Part shown: positions 49,706-62,702 of the stretch, in pieces | Numbering within the stretch: the stretch's first letter is position 1 | How the letters are laid out: the number at the start of each line of letters is the position of its first letter | DNA from: Eledone cirrhosa | Taxonomy: Eukaryota | DNA: 64,000 nucleotides | NCBI GenBank assembly: GCA_964016885.1 | Contig: OZ024741.1 | Location: forward strand, 78,306,001 to 78,370,000 | Direction: 5' to 3' | Made by a program: the position numbers and the translations under genes | Notes under the pieces: generated by a model | Seen by the model: the letters and a program-made list of their open reading frames with translations, nothing else | Databases searched by the model: none | What the model was told of the DNA's origin: nothing

Positions 49706-49939
49706 ATATATGCTTTTACATTATACATGAAATATGCTTGTTTCAGTTATAATATAACTCTTACCTCATACATGCCTTTATTAATTGTATAATTGTATTG
49801 ACTCTTGCATCATATACCCTTAACATTACCTAATTTCCAATGCTATGATATCTTTTATCTTTTATCTATCTTATCTTACCTTTTTTTTTTTGCTTGTACC
49901 TTTTGCACATGTTTTACCTTAAACAATACCTATTTATAC

Positions 49940-50133
49940 ATAATTGTTTCTACTTTTGGCACAATGCCAGCAATTACCCCAGTGTATTACTGGTACTTTA
50001 TTTTATCGACCCCGTAAGGATGAAAGGCAAAGTTAACCTCGGCGGGATTTGAACTCAGAATGGCAAGGGCCGTAAATCTATGCGTCAAAGCATGGCGTCC
50101 GACCCTCTACCGATACTGCCAATCCACCGCCCT
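49940..50133 (-). mobile_element. S2 SINE
   Basis: Reverse complement of the core motif. Confidence 0.85.
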
Positions 50134-50271
50134 TATATACATAATATGCTTATTTTTCACCTTCCACCATTGCTCCTTGTAATTGTGATTTCTGAAGCAT
50201 AACATTCTTATTTAACTCCTGATTTTCTATATGATGTCTATGACACTGACAACAGTTACGTATCTGTCTAA

Positions 50272-50364
50272 ATGTTCTGAAGACTAGGATTTCAATCACC
50301 TGTTTCAACATTCTATATGCTCCGTGGATTCTAGACATCCTTCTGGAAGAAACAATTGTCAAAT
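50272..50364 (+). ncRNA. Candidate type I hammerhead ribozyme, family F
   Basis: atgtt-CTGAAGA-[65 nt]-GAAAC-aatt-GTC/aaat. Stem III is the palindrome ACAATTGT. Stem I is weak. Confidence 0.5.
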
Positions 50365-50477
50365 AAATGTATTAAACTAAGATTTGATTGTATTAATATT
50401 TGTATATATAGATATATATATATATACATACATATATAGATATATACATACATATATAGATATATATATATATACAT

Positions 50478-50509
<32 letters not shown>

Positions 50510-50815
50510 TTGAGAGAAGACTACGTTGGTATGGCCACGTAATGTGCATGAAAGACAACAGCTGTATAAAAAAGTGCAGGGCGATCAAAATTGATGGTAG
50601 TTACAGAGTAGGTAGACCCAGAAGAACCTGGGACGATCTGATAAATTCCGACCTTACACACTTGCACCTCTCTAAGACAATGTCACTGGACCGAGATCTT
50701 TGGCGCTATGCAGTAATACAGAAGACCCGCCTTGCCTATGTACAAAGCGAAACCTACAGTCAGTAGGCACCTCTTAACCAAATATACACCCAATCCACTA
50801 CCCCTACCCTATCCT
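50510..50815 (+). mobile_element. RTE ORF-end fragment (older subfamily)
   Basis: Similar to 40262-40560. Starts after (TA)n. Confidence 0.88.
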
Positions 50816-50824
50816 CTCACTCCA

Positions 50825-51388
50825 ACCTAAAACTCGAGAAGTATCCAACCGTTTGTTTTCAAACTATACATGTGTATTACTTATGTATCTGGGAGAGTTA
50901 TGCACATAAAAAAATTCCAGTTTTTGATCCCCTAAGGCCCGCATTAGGTGAAAAACTGCGTTTTTTCAGCTTTTTAGTTTTTTTTTATGCGTTACGTCAG
51001 ACCGATTTTCTTGAAATTATAACTATGTATTAGTCAGTCTCTTCTTTATACCGTGAGAAAACAAAATCCAACTTTTTTATGGCCTAGGGCCCACATTAGC
51101 TCTTTAGAGCTTTTTTGAGGTGTTACGTCTAGCCGATTTTCCCAAAATTTAAAGGCATATTATGCACATAAAAAAAATTCATTTTCTTGATCTCCTAGGG
51201 CCTGCATTAGGTAAACCTGCATTTTTCCTGCTTCATCGAGGAAAATCTTAAAGATTATCCAGCCATCAGAGTATTCAGTTTATTTTCTTTACATATTACC
51301 CAGGCATGCAATTTTTCCACGATTAGGTCTGTTGGCGGCCCGCGTTCCAAAATACCTTATCTCATGCAACGCCGGGTACCACTGCTAG
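50825..51388 (+). mobile_element. Helitron-like 3' portion
   Basis: Ends in gcaacgccgggtaccactgCTAG-t, the reverse-complement type of the 45151 and 52899 termini. Confidence 0.6.
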
Positions 51389-51407
51389 TATTATATATAT
51401 ATATGTG

Positions 51408-51845
51408 AAGGCACATGGCTTAGTGGTTAGAGCTTGCAATCGAAAGGTTGTGAGTTCAATTCTCGGACCGAGTGATGTGTTGTTTCCTTGAGCAAGACAC
51501 TTTATTTCACATTGCTCCAGTTTACTCAGCTGTAGAAATAAGATGATAGGAGTGGGGTCCCTATCATTCCACTGCAAAGTGGTCGTGGTGCCGCCACGGC
51601 AAAAAAGCACCCAGCCCACACTATAAAGTGGACGTGTAGGTGCCACGGAAAAAAAATCACCCAGCACTCACTGTAAATGAGGTTCGCGTCAGCAAGGGCA
51701 TCCAGCTGTAGAAATCAAGCAGAATCAGTTACTGTATGAGCAAGACAAGGTTAGCCGACCAGACACTGCCCACAACAGGACAACCCGTTTAACCCATGCT
51801 AGCGTGGAAGAACAGACGTAAAACGGTGATGATGATAATGATGAT
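51408..51845 (+). mobile_element. tRNA-derived SINE S1 with RTE-like tail
   Basis: A/B-box-like head. Tail similar to the RTE subfamily-2 3' UTR. Ends in (GAT)n. Confidence 0.85.
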
Positions 51846-52424
51846 ATATATATATATGGTGGCTGCCAACTTGTTTTCGAGTACGGCCACTACTTTATAT
51901 CCATGTAGGAGAACTCCTACCAATGCGCTGAACGAGTGTGACTTTATAGTCCAGCCAGCGACTTGAAAACTCTGGTACAAACACTACACTTGTGACAATT
52001 ATTGACACATAGTGCTGGGCCCATGGTACCATGTGATGACAAGTGCAGAGAGATCTCCAGATATAAAGCAATGCCTGTGCCGTGAAGCTTTTATAGTGAG
52101 CAAAGGCACTGCACAAAGCCAGTCCCACTCTCTTAACCAAGATGATATTTACCAAAAAGAAGAACAAGTCAACATCATTGGATACCATCAGAGTTGCAGG
52201 TGTTATATCAGAGTTTTCCTTCTCGTAGAATTCTGCCTTGACAAAGGCTAAGGGGTCATCTCTCCCAGTGATTTTGGATGGCCATTGACTCTTAAGAGCT
52301 CCTTTGCCCTTTGACAGGTTTTGTTTTTAGTCCTGCAGGATGTCCAAAGTCACCCTCCTCACCAAGAAACCATATATATATATACATACACATATATAGA
52401 TATATACATACACACACACACACA

Positions 52425-52580
52425 TACTCCATGCTTTCCAGCATAGTTACGTCCCTTTACAGTCTGAGTTCAAATCCCGTCGAGGTTAACTTTGCCTTTC
52501 ATCCTTATGGGGTCGATAAAATGAAGTACCAGTAATGTACTGAGTAATTGCTGGCCTTGTGCCAAAAGTAGAAACAATTA
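52425..52580 (+). mobile_element. S2 SINE fragment
   Basis: Core motif. Confidence 0.8.
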
Positions 52581-52820
52581 TATATATATATATACATACA
52601 CACACACATATATATATAAATACATAATCGGAGAAAGCTAATAGCGATACTCCGGCCAAATTCCAACTCACTCAACAAACATTAGGAAATACCTGAGTAT
52701 ATTCCTAATTAAACGTTCGGGGTGGTAACTAATTATATTGTGGAAAATTGGCTGTATCATTTCATATGAGATATATCAAATATATCTCTTCCCATCAATG
52801 AATTCTGAAAAGAATTCAAG

Positions 52821-52898
<78 letters not shown>

Positions 52899-53803
52899 CT
52901 AGCAGTTTAGCCCGGCGTTGCTCGGGTTTATTCATTTGCTATGAAAAGTTACATACAGGTAAACGTAGCTTGAAAGCGAGTAAACTTATCAATTAAGTGC
53001 ATAAAGCAGTTGAACAGGTTATTAAAAGTTACAAACCAATTAGCATTTTGGACAATCAATGATGGGTTAATAATCTTCCAATAGCGAATTTAGCAGACCA
53101 AAGTTGCAAGATGGTGGCCCTGATGCCGCTGGGTGTCAAGGGGAAGTAGCGAAAAATTTCAATTGAACAATGAATAAGTGGAAAGTGAGTATTAAGTAAG
53201 TTGTATGAATGTGTGTTAAACCTCAAAGCATGAAGAGAGTAAAGCAGTTAAATTATAGAGAGGGGAATAATCTATTGTAGAAAGAGGGAAGAGCGACGGA
53301 GAGAGTGAAGCTATGTTTGTTGTTGTATAAATCGATGTGTTGCTTAGTTTTCAAAGTTTGTGTCGCGTTCCTTGAAAAGAAGTTTTGTCGCTGTTCTAAA
53401 CTGTAATGGTGATAGGGTAGTAGACGGAGGCAGTAACCTTTTAAAGAGAGTTGCAGAGAAGATTGACGGGGGAGTAGAGAGAGGGATGAACCTTTTAAAG
53501 AGAGTTGCAGAGGAGATTGAGAGTGGAGTAGAGGGAGGGATGAACATTTTAAAGACAGTTGCAACATGTATGTAGTTTGATAGATTGTTGAGTGTAGTAG
53601 TGAGAGTGAATAAGCTTGTAAGAGAGCGGGTTACAGCATGTATTTAGTTTTATCGATTTTCTTCATAGAAGCAGGAAATTGTTGGCAAACTTTATTACGC
53701 GTTGACCAGCCTTGGTAAATTTGGAGCACATTGGAAAAAAAATCATCAAAATCGGTAAAAAATGTGGAAATGCATAAAAATCATACACACACACAGACAG
53801 ACA

Positions 53804-53805
<2 letters not shown>
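52899..53805 (-). mobile_element. Non-autonomous Helitron-like element with internal short tandem repeats
   Basis: ctagc..cccggcgttgctcggg terminus. Repeats at 53420-53560. Confidence 0.7.
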
Positions 53806-53836
<31 letters not shown>

Positions 53837-54131
53837 TTACGTATTGATGTTAATAAAACAAAATACTAGTTACTTCCCCTGACAAGGTTTATCTTGTCTT
53901 CCTTTGAACACATTATTTGCAAGCTATCTGAAATGGAGAGGGGCTCTCCATTACGATTACACACACACACACACACAAAACTCTCATTCTCTCTAAGTTT
54001 ATTGAATGAATGATTATATATGTGTTGTGTATGTGTGTTAATGTTTGTGTTGATGACAAAATATTATAAATACTAACAAACATTTACTGATGGGAGAAAC
54101 CCCAAACTAGTAGTGAAGTCAGGTTTATTAT

Positions 54132-54182
<51 letters not shown>

Positions 54183-55249
54183 TAGATTACCGATATAAAA
54201 GACACAGAAGCGAAAAGCGAAAACCAACCAAACAGTGAGTGTGTTCTGTTATTAATTCTGGCAATATTACACAAATATGACCCTCCCCAAGTATAACAAT
54301 ATATATATATATATATAAGCTGTTGACACATTGAGGTGGATTGAGTCACATCAGCCTCACCTAAGATTGTGTAGTGAAGGAGTTTTGTTGCCTACATTTG
54401 TGGGTGGTTCCTAGGAGATCTGGTGTTGTGGTGGAAGGGGCAAAAACACCTACAGAATTACTTCACAGCCTGATGAGACATTGACTCCTGCATTCGGAGA
54501 CGGAGTGTAGCAGCACTTTCAGCACAGATATTTGTTTAGCAAGCTTCTTGTTTCTCTAGACCATCCTGCTGAAAATGAGCAACAGCTGTATCTGAAAGTT
54601 AACTCTATGATGGTTGCTTAACACTAATGAAACTAGGATAAGCACTGATCCAATGAGCCTCCAAGCATGGGACAAACTTTAATTTTATATATATATATAT
54701 ATACATACCAGCACAGCTCAACACAACTACCCGTAACTACAATTTATACCAGACAACTAGGAATCTAGTCTAAATTACATGCATATTAAATTACTTCTGT
54801 TTCTCCACCATACTCAAAATATACACAATGTTGATGATGACGATGAGCCACCACTACCAACAAAACTGCCTGTGACTGCCACCACCACTACCATACTGTT
54901 AATGACATATAATTTGTAGCAGGTCATTTCATGTCATGTGAGGTCTGGTCAGGTCAGGATATGTCAGGAACAAATTGTTTTCTAATAGGTCAGCCATCAT
55001 TGTTGCTCACTGAGTAGTCAACACACAAATACACATCACTATTGACTCAGACATCATTATCATCTTCCCAACCCCTTCATAATACCTATTGCCTTCATTT
55101 CCACTGAACAGAAAACATACAAACACTAACAACTATTATCTGTCATTATCACCATCCCTACTGCCACTATTGTCTGTATCATTTACACTTAATGTAACAC
55201 ACACACACACACACAGAACATTATTATCAACACCAACACTAAGACATTA

Positions 55250-55420
55250 ATTGTTTCTATATTAGGCACAAGGCCAGCAAATACCCAGTGCATTACTGGT
55301 ACTTTATTTTATCGACCCCGTAAGGATGAAAGGCAAAGTTAACCTCGGCGGGATTTGAACTCAGAATGGCAAGGGCCGTAACTCTATGCGTCCGACCCTC
55401 TACCAATACTGCCAATCCAC
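55250..55420 (-). mobile_element. S2 SINE with a probable target-site duplication
   Basis: Core motif. caccaacactaagacattaat occurs on both sides (about 55231 and 55418). Confidence 0.85.
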
Positions 55421-56219
55421 CAACACTAAGACATTAATGTTGGTGCATGAATGTTGGCTACAAATCCAAGCAGTGTTGGCTTTTTTAAGTGTCTCTAGGT
55501 AAAGACACTTCATCCCATAAGATGAATAGGCACCTAGGGAGAGATAATGGTGAGGAAATGGCCATGGTAGACTTAATCCATCACTCAGAATAACACTATG
55601 TCCTGGCCTTTGGGTATTTTGAGTATTATTAATTTTGCAAGCATTTGAGTCAGGTCGCCAGCTGGGAAATATCTACCTCTCTTCTTCCTACTTATCTGGT
55701 AGATCCTGAAGAAGAACAAGGGTGTTGCCCATTTTCCTCTGAGCTATGTAATAGCTGGGGCCTCTATGTCTTGTGATACTGTATACAAAGTGCACTCCTG
55801 AGTGAGGTTTGTTTTTATAAAGAAAACCAGCAGTTCCCTATGCATGCAAGTCCCTCCTCTCAATGTCACCTACTTTGTCTATGGGAAAGGCAAAGGCCAA
55901 TGCAGCTTCACAGTAGGGTTATCACAGGCATTACTATCAGAATATAAAAAGCCAAAGCAACTCCACCAATCCACCACAATGAAGTGGTACATTATTTAGT
56001 GAGCCCCAAAGGATGAAATTAGGATGAAATGAAAAATTAACCATGGCAGGATTTGAACCCAGAGTGCAGTCAGCCAGAACAAATATTGCAAATTATTCTG
56101 TTCAGTACTTTAATGATTTTGCCAAGCCGCATACATCTTTTATAAATAATACATCGAAAAATCAAGAAACCACCTACTCATAATATTTTGTTGTGTTTTG
56201 GGTCAAAACACTTTATTTC

Positions 56220-57640
56220 CCCATACATCACTGCCTTCAACTATCAAAGATTTGGTATAAATAAGATCGCCTGGGAATGTTACCTGTAATAGACTGGTAT
56301 TCTATCTATTATGTAGAAAAGATGTGCCTCTCATCTTCTTCAGGCACTGCTTCAAAACATTGGCTTAACTCATGGCACTTAGTAGGCAAGGAGCTATAAC
56401 TTGGAAGAAGGTTTTGTGGGAAATTAATTTTGATAGTTGACTATCATTTTATCCAGGTAGGAAGAATATGTCTCCTCTGTTTAATATTTCAGAAGGCAGT
56501 CATTCAGCATATGGAATTTCAATGATCCATTCCGATCTGAGCTTGGCAGTGTCCTATAACCTAATGTTGAAATAATTCCTGTTGAGTGGAAGCTAATAGT
56601 GACTCCTACCTCCTCTTTCATCCTTCTACATAACAGTAATTTGACAGAGATGAAGAAAAAATATTAAACAGTACAGGAGCCAGCATGCAGCCTCACCTAA
56701 CATCCATTTTTATATTGAAGGGCCTATATTTCTGCCCTCAGACAATAACTTGAACCATGATCCCTGCATCACAATCGCAGAAGGGAATGCTAAATTTGGC
56801 AGCACAACCAAATCTTTTGAGAGCATTCTACAGAAGTTACCTGTTTATAGTGTCAAAACCCTGACAAATCTACAAATGCAATAAACAGATTGTGATGTTG
56901 TTCTTTGCATTTCTCCAGAAGCTGCTTTGTAACAAACATTTCATTCGGGCATTAGTCCCTGCAGAAGTTACACTGTAACTATGGTATCAAGTTTTTCAAT
57001 ACTGATTGAACTAGTCCTCCAAGCATGAAAATGGCTTTGACCTCTTCAGCAATAAATAAGTGTATTATACCAGCTACTTTTAAAGCAAACAGACTTATTT
57101 CTCTTGTTTTTGTAGATGTTAACATACTTTCAGTTTTATAGTCTATACTCCTGGTTCCACACTTTTGTGGTGTAGCAATGAAGTGCTCTTGAGTAAAAAT
57201 AACTACTCTCCTCCAAGATTTCTTGTTTTTAACGATTTGATGATAGCATTAACTTCAGTAAAAATCATGGGTTCATGAGTCCATGAAATGATGGATTCAC
57301 TGGTTTGTGTTGATTTAGAAGATTGATGAATTACTTTCTCCATGTGTCTGCATGCATTTGAAATTCTTGAGCTTTTACAATCTGCCATCTATTTTCCTGA
57401 CCACAAAGGATGAATTGAACCTCACTCTGAAGAGCTCAGCACTGCTTCTCTGATGAGGGATTGTTTGGGCTGCTCATGCTCAGTTGTGCATACCATTCAG
57501 AAGCCTGCCAACTGTACTGGAGTTCTCATTAATGTATTTTCATCTTGAATGGTTTCTGCAGCAGTATCATACATTGTGAAATGTCTGCTTCTGGTGCAAT
57601 GAATGCCTTTGAAGCTTTCAGTTTGACAGGGTTGCAAGTT
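56220..57640 (-). mobile_element. Highly decayed RTE/BovB-like RT region
   Basis: Remnants AFVD...FDTINR and GCMLAPVLFNIFF among many stops. Confidence 0.6.
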
Positions 57641-57642
57641 TA

Positions 57643-57679
<37 letters not shown>

Positions 57680-57684
57680 CATAC

Positions 57685-58020
57685 ATCCCCTCGCACATCC
57701 ACGACACTAATCATGCCCTTTGACTGTTTAACTCCTTCTCCTTCTCTTCTGGCTCCTCTTGCCTTCCCTTTACCATGGACATTAACTCTCTCTACACTGT
57801 CATCCCTCGCAATGATGGCCTCTGCCATTTTTAGACTTACGCCCTACACCCTACCCTACCACTTCTACTCTTCTCTACCTTGTTGAGCTCGTTCTCCCTC
57901 TCAGTGGTTTTTCCTTTTGTGGAGAGTTTTACCAACAGGTCTCTGGGGTAGCCATGGGTACAAGAATGAGCCCTAACTATGCCAACTTGTTCGTTGACTA
58001 TGTTGAGGCCTTAAACTCCA
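57685..58020 (+). mobile_element. Penelope-like reverse transcriptase relic
   Basis: PSHIHDTNHAL..FTMDINSLYTVIPRNDGL..LVELVL..FSFCGEFYQQVSGVAMGTRMSPNYANLFVDYVE. Flanked by TA/CA tracts. Confidence 0.85.
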
Positions 58021-58405
58021 CCCAGTACATCTCTGATGAATGCAAGACTATTTGTAAGTATATACCTTATACAGCTTGCTCTCCTCAAGCATGTTCAGCT
58101 AACACTTTATTGACACACACACACACACTATATATATATACACGCATACACACACATCACTAATGTTTGAAGCTCAGAAATGAAAAACTTAGAGTAAGGT
58201 TTTGTAAAGTTTTAAGTTTCCAATAAATATATAAATAACTCTAAGTTCCATACTGAATACTCTTTTCTCATTCTTGTTTAAACTATTTGTGTTCATCTCT
58301 CTCTCTCTCTCTCCCTCATATATATATATATATCAAGCGTAAAACTAATATATTTCTTCATTGTACTGTGTCATTTGCTTCGTTATTTTTGTTTGTCTTT
58401 TGCAT

Positions 58406-58446
<41 letters not shown>

Positions 58447-58575
58447 TATATATAGTCTGTGTGGAGGAAAAGAGGAAGAGAAAGAGAAAAAGTATGAGGG
58501 GGAAAGAAATATGTTGAATATTTAGCTACCTTTCTGATGAAACACTGAGAATGAGAAAATCTGGAAAGCCCATTA

Positions 58576-58622
<47 letters not shown>

Positions 58623-58695
58623 CTTTTACCTGCTCATGGTGTGGCCGATGATAATGTTGTTAGATCTCAATGTATCCTTGGAAAGATGGTTTCAG

Positions 58696-58874
<179 letters not shown>

Positions 58875-59946
58875 GAAGTAGAAATTTAAGAACAAGGCAG
58901 AATAGCAGGATGGATCTATTTATGAGTCATAATTAATATTTATAATCATGTATGTAATCATAAAATATTCTATTGATTAAACTGTCATTTAACCATTTCA
59001 GATACAAAAAAATGGATTCTTATTACCAGCTAAATTTTATTATCATCCCTGTGAAGAGTGTTTAGGATGTTGGGCTCACAATTTTAAGGTCATGAATTCA
59101 ATTCCTGGCCTGGGCAGGAATCATTGTGCACTTGAGCAAGACACTTTATTTCACATTGTTACAGTCCAGTCAGCTGGAAAAAACTATTTGCATTCCTCTT
59201 TATGCTGGTTGAGTTGATAGACACACATACACCAGCTTGTGTTTTCTTAACTTGGGGTGAGTCAATGAGGTTCTCTCATGTAGTCACTTAACCTGCTAAG
59301 TACAGTAAGGAAAATCTCCCCCCTATTCTCCAAATCCAACAAAACTTCCCTACCGACTTTAAAATGGAGACATTTACTTCTAACATATATAATTCCTTGC
59401 TCTCCATTTTCTTCTACCATATATAATTAATTCTTTCCACTTTCTTCTAATCTGTCCAAGCATATCTCATGGTTTTCATGACTCTATCTACTGTATCACG
59501 CCACAACCATGTGACCATCCATCTAGCTGGAAACCTGCTCTATTTATAGATCTGGTCAGTAATTTTTAGCAGGATGTCTTGTATTAATTATATATATCTA
59601 TATCTCTTTCTTTGTTATACATGTCAACTAATACTTCTTATTCCTAGTCTGAGGCTGCTTATCACAAGTCTACATTGAGTGGTACATTTGGGAACAATCA
59701 TTACTCTATTCTGAGTGGTACATCATCATCATCATCGTTTTTACATTGGCTTTTCCATGCTGGCATGGGTTGGATGTGAATATTTTGAGGCAGTATTATA
59801 GTTTGTTGCCAACACTTATTTTATTTTATTTTTTTTTAAAGTAAGGTATTGACTCTCATACATCAAACTATTGATATTGTTTATGTAGGATAAAAACATC
59901 ACTGCTTGGCAGTGTCAAATGCAATGCAAAGACATGCAGACACATA

Positions 59947-61524
59947 CAGGGTGACTAAAAAAAAATTGGCCCCATTTTTATTTTTGTCTACATTATTCAT
60001 TGACAAAAACTGATGAGCGTCCAACTATATCTAGCTTAATCCTTTAGCATTTACATTACTTGATATTTACTCTTGTATTTTCACAGTAAAGGCTTTATTT
60101 CATATAACTATCTTACATAATATCAAATCTATGAGATTTTGATATTATTTATTTTGAGAATAATACCTTAACTTCAGTTATAATATCTTAACTTCACAAT
60201 CGGTTTGAAAAGAAAGAGATGAGAGAATTCTGGCCGGATATAGCCGGTTTAAATGCTTAAGGGTTAAACCATTAAAAACATCGAAAATTTCAATAACTTC
60301 TGATGTTTCTCTCCAAAATTACAGCACATGTTCCAAGTCCAAGTGATCCCCATTTGAATCCATGCATATTTTGGGTGTATGATGAAGTTTAACATAACAT
60401 CTTTAAAAAAAGACCTAGAGATGCCTTTCCTTTAGTTCAGTGATGGTCCTGGATTTGTTGACATATACCCTATCCTTCAGAGAGCCTCAAAGAAAGAAAT
60501 CTGAAGGGGTTAAATCAGGGCTTCAAAAGGGAGCTACAGACCATGCACCGATCTCTAATAAATAAGTTCTGGTTCCAGTAAGACAAAGTAAGCCCTCACA
60601 CCTCCAGTGAGTCACAAGAATGACTGAAAAATAACTTTGGAAACCATGGGATCAATTTGAAGACTGATTTTGAATGGGTCTATAGCTACCTTTTGAAGTC
60701 TCCCAGGACTTCCATATAGTGTTCCTTTGTAACTGTAGCAATGACACTATTTTCTTCAAAGAAGACTGAACCAATCAACCCTCTCGCAGGAATGGCTGCC
60801 TAAACAGTATAATTAACCATGTGGAGAGGCTTCATAGCCACTTCAGTGGGTTTCTCTGATTCCCAGAACAGATTGTTCTTAGAGTTAATCTTCCTCTCTA
60901 AATGAAAGGGTTTCATCATAGGTCCACAGCAGATTCAGAAAATTTGTGTTGTTTTCCATCTCCTTCAGCATTTTCTCAGCCATAGCCTTTCTCTTAGTCT
61001 TATCAGCTACAGTAAGACTTTGTTAAGTCTGTATTCTGTAGGGATACTTCTTAAGATCTTCTTTGACAACCCTTCTTCAAGTTTCTGTGGATAAACCTAA
61101 GGATTGGCTCCTCCTGTGCATCAATCATTTTTGGGCTCTGTTCAACAGACTCTTTGACCATGTCAATAACTTCCTGTATATACTTCCTGTATCATCCAGA
61201 GTAGGTACAATGGTCCTCAGATATTGTATTGAGGTTTTCCACTGTCTTGTAGGTGTCAAACCTCTTCACTCAGTTTTGTATATTGGCTTTGAAGGTAGAT
61301 TTGTCAGTGCCAAAAAAATGCATGAAATTTCTCTTGGACCTGCTTGTACTAACAACACTTATAGAAGTGTGTCACACAGAACTCTTGTGCTGGAGTTTTC
61401 ATTGGAGTCATGTTGTCTTCTGAGACATTGTATCTGCCATGCTCTGAATATTAAGTTGATTGGTTAGAAAATGAATATACAGTGGCACACAACATGTGTG
61501 AGGCCAGTTTTTTTAATCACCCTG
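59947..61524 (-). mobile_element. Decayed Tc1/mariner-superfamily transposon
   Basis: TA-CAGGGTGA(C/T)TAAAAAAA..TGGCC terminal inverted repeats. Remnants PLH..VW..LIG..FFEE and SPDLTPSDFFL. Confidence 0.8.
60036..60267. mobile_element. TTAA-flanked MITE nested in the transposon
   Basis: Homologous to 35449 and 39506. Confidence 0.8.
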
Positions 61525-62090
61525 TAAATAAATGTATATATATATATTTTTTTTTATATATATGCAAGGTTACAGTCTACACTAAAAGAGAAAGAAAGAA
61601 AACTACAGACAAAAATGTGAACTTTTCTCCCTAAATATGTATGTAAAACAAATTGTTTCCCCCATATTCTTATTATTCTTATTAATGTGCAATTTAATTG
61701 CATTATATACTTCCGTCGTTGAAAAAGCGCATAAGCTGAAACCGGTAAAATTAATGCAGAAATTCCTATTTTGTAAATAAATATTTTGATGTTATTCTGA
61801 GAGAAAATCCCTTTAGCATTTTCTACTGTTTTTTTTTCTTTTTTACTATTTTTTATATATATTAACTCGTGTGTTACTTCTCTACATTGTGTATATATAT
61901 ATATATAATAGGATATGTGTTCCTTCACGCACAAGGCGCTAAGGGACGCATGTATTGTCTAACCAAATACCAATGTGGTTCAATGGCAGGTTAATAAATT
62001 AACGAGCCAGAACATATATAAACAAGGTTTAGCAAATAATGAAAAAGTTTCAAAATAAATTTTAAAAAATTGACTTTACCTAATATAGTT

Positions 62091-62173
62091 ACCTTTACCG
62101 ATCGGTTTCGAATCCCAAAAATAAACGGAGGCCATAAGGCCTTCGTTGCAAAGAAAGATTCTCGTCAGAAGGT
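62091..62173 (-). ncRNA. Type I hammerhead ribozyme, family D
   Basis: acctt-CTGACGA-gaatc..gattc-GAAAC-cgatcg-GTA/aaggt. Canonical G-C pair at the base of stem II. Stem III is the palindrome ACCGATCGGT. Confidence 0.88.
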
Positions 62174-62516
62174 TCTTTTCATTCGAAGAATATAAAATTC
62201 TTGAATTTAAATTACGAACTAGCGCTATCCAAAACTGTTCCCGAGATGAGAGTGAATGAAGTGGAATCAATTTGTGCATAAAGGAACACATATCCTATTA
62301 TTACTATTCTCCTCTATTGTTGAGAAGCAAATTTGGTCGTTCCGACTGCTGCTAGTGATAGTTGCGGCCGGTTGACCTACCTCCCTCTGCCTCTGTCTTT
62401 ACTTCGGCCCTTGAAAAAATTGATTCCACTTCATTCACTCTCATCTCGGGAACAGTTTTGGATAGCGCTAGTTCGTAATTTAAATTCAAGAATTTTATAT
62501 TCTTCGAATGAAAAGA

Positions 62517-62599
62517 ACCTTCTGACGAGAATCTTTCTTTGCAACGAAGGCCGTATGGCCTCCGTTTAATTTTGGGATTCAAAACCGATTGGTAAAGGT
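62517..62599 (+). ncRNA. Mutated inverted partner hammerhead, family D
   Basis: Same motif with GAAA changed to AAAA (62581) and the palindrome broken (cgattgg). Predicted inactive. Confidence 0.7.
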
Positions 62600-62666
62600 A
62601 ACTATAGTAGGTAAAGTCAATTTTTTAAAATTTATTTTGAAACTTTTTCATTATTTGCTAAACCTT

Positions 62667-62702
<36 letters not shown>

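Larger units (their letters stand above)
61906..62676. mobile_element. Fold-back hammerhead element, family D (arms 62014-62273 / 62417-62676)
   Basis: 260-bp near-perfect inverted repeat, plus a second inverted repeat at 61906-61934 / 62272-62300. (TA)n flanks. Confidence 0.9.

Noticed and set aside
51408-51480. tRNA gene
   Set aside because: Only an A/B-box-like SINE head, with no complete cloverleaf visible.
52745-52830. Two hairpins with GAAA on the minus strand before (TA)n
   Set aside because: The core reads TTGATGG and there is no palindromic stem III, so it is too degenerate to call.
54470-54510. CTGATGAG motif (also at 60010)
   Set aside because: No GAAA box or closing stems, and expected by chance.
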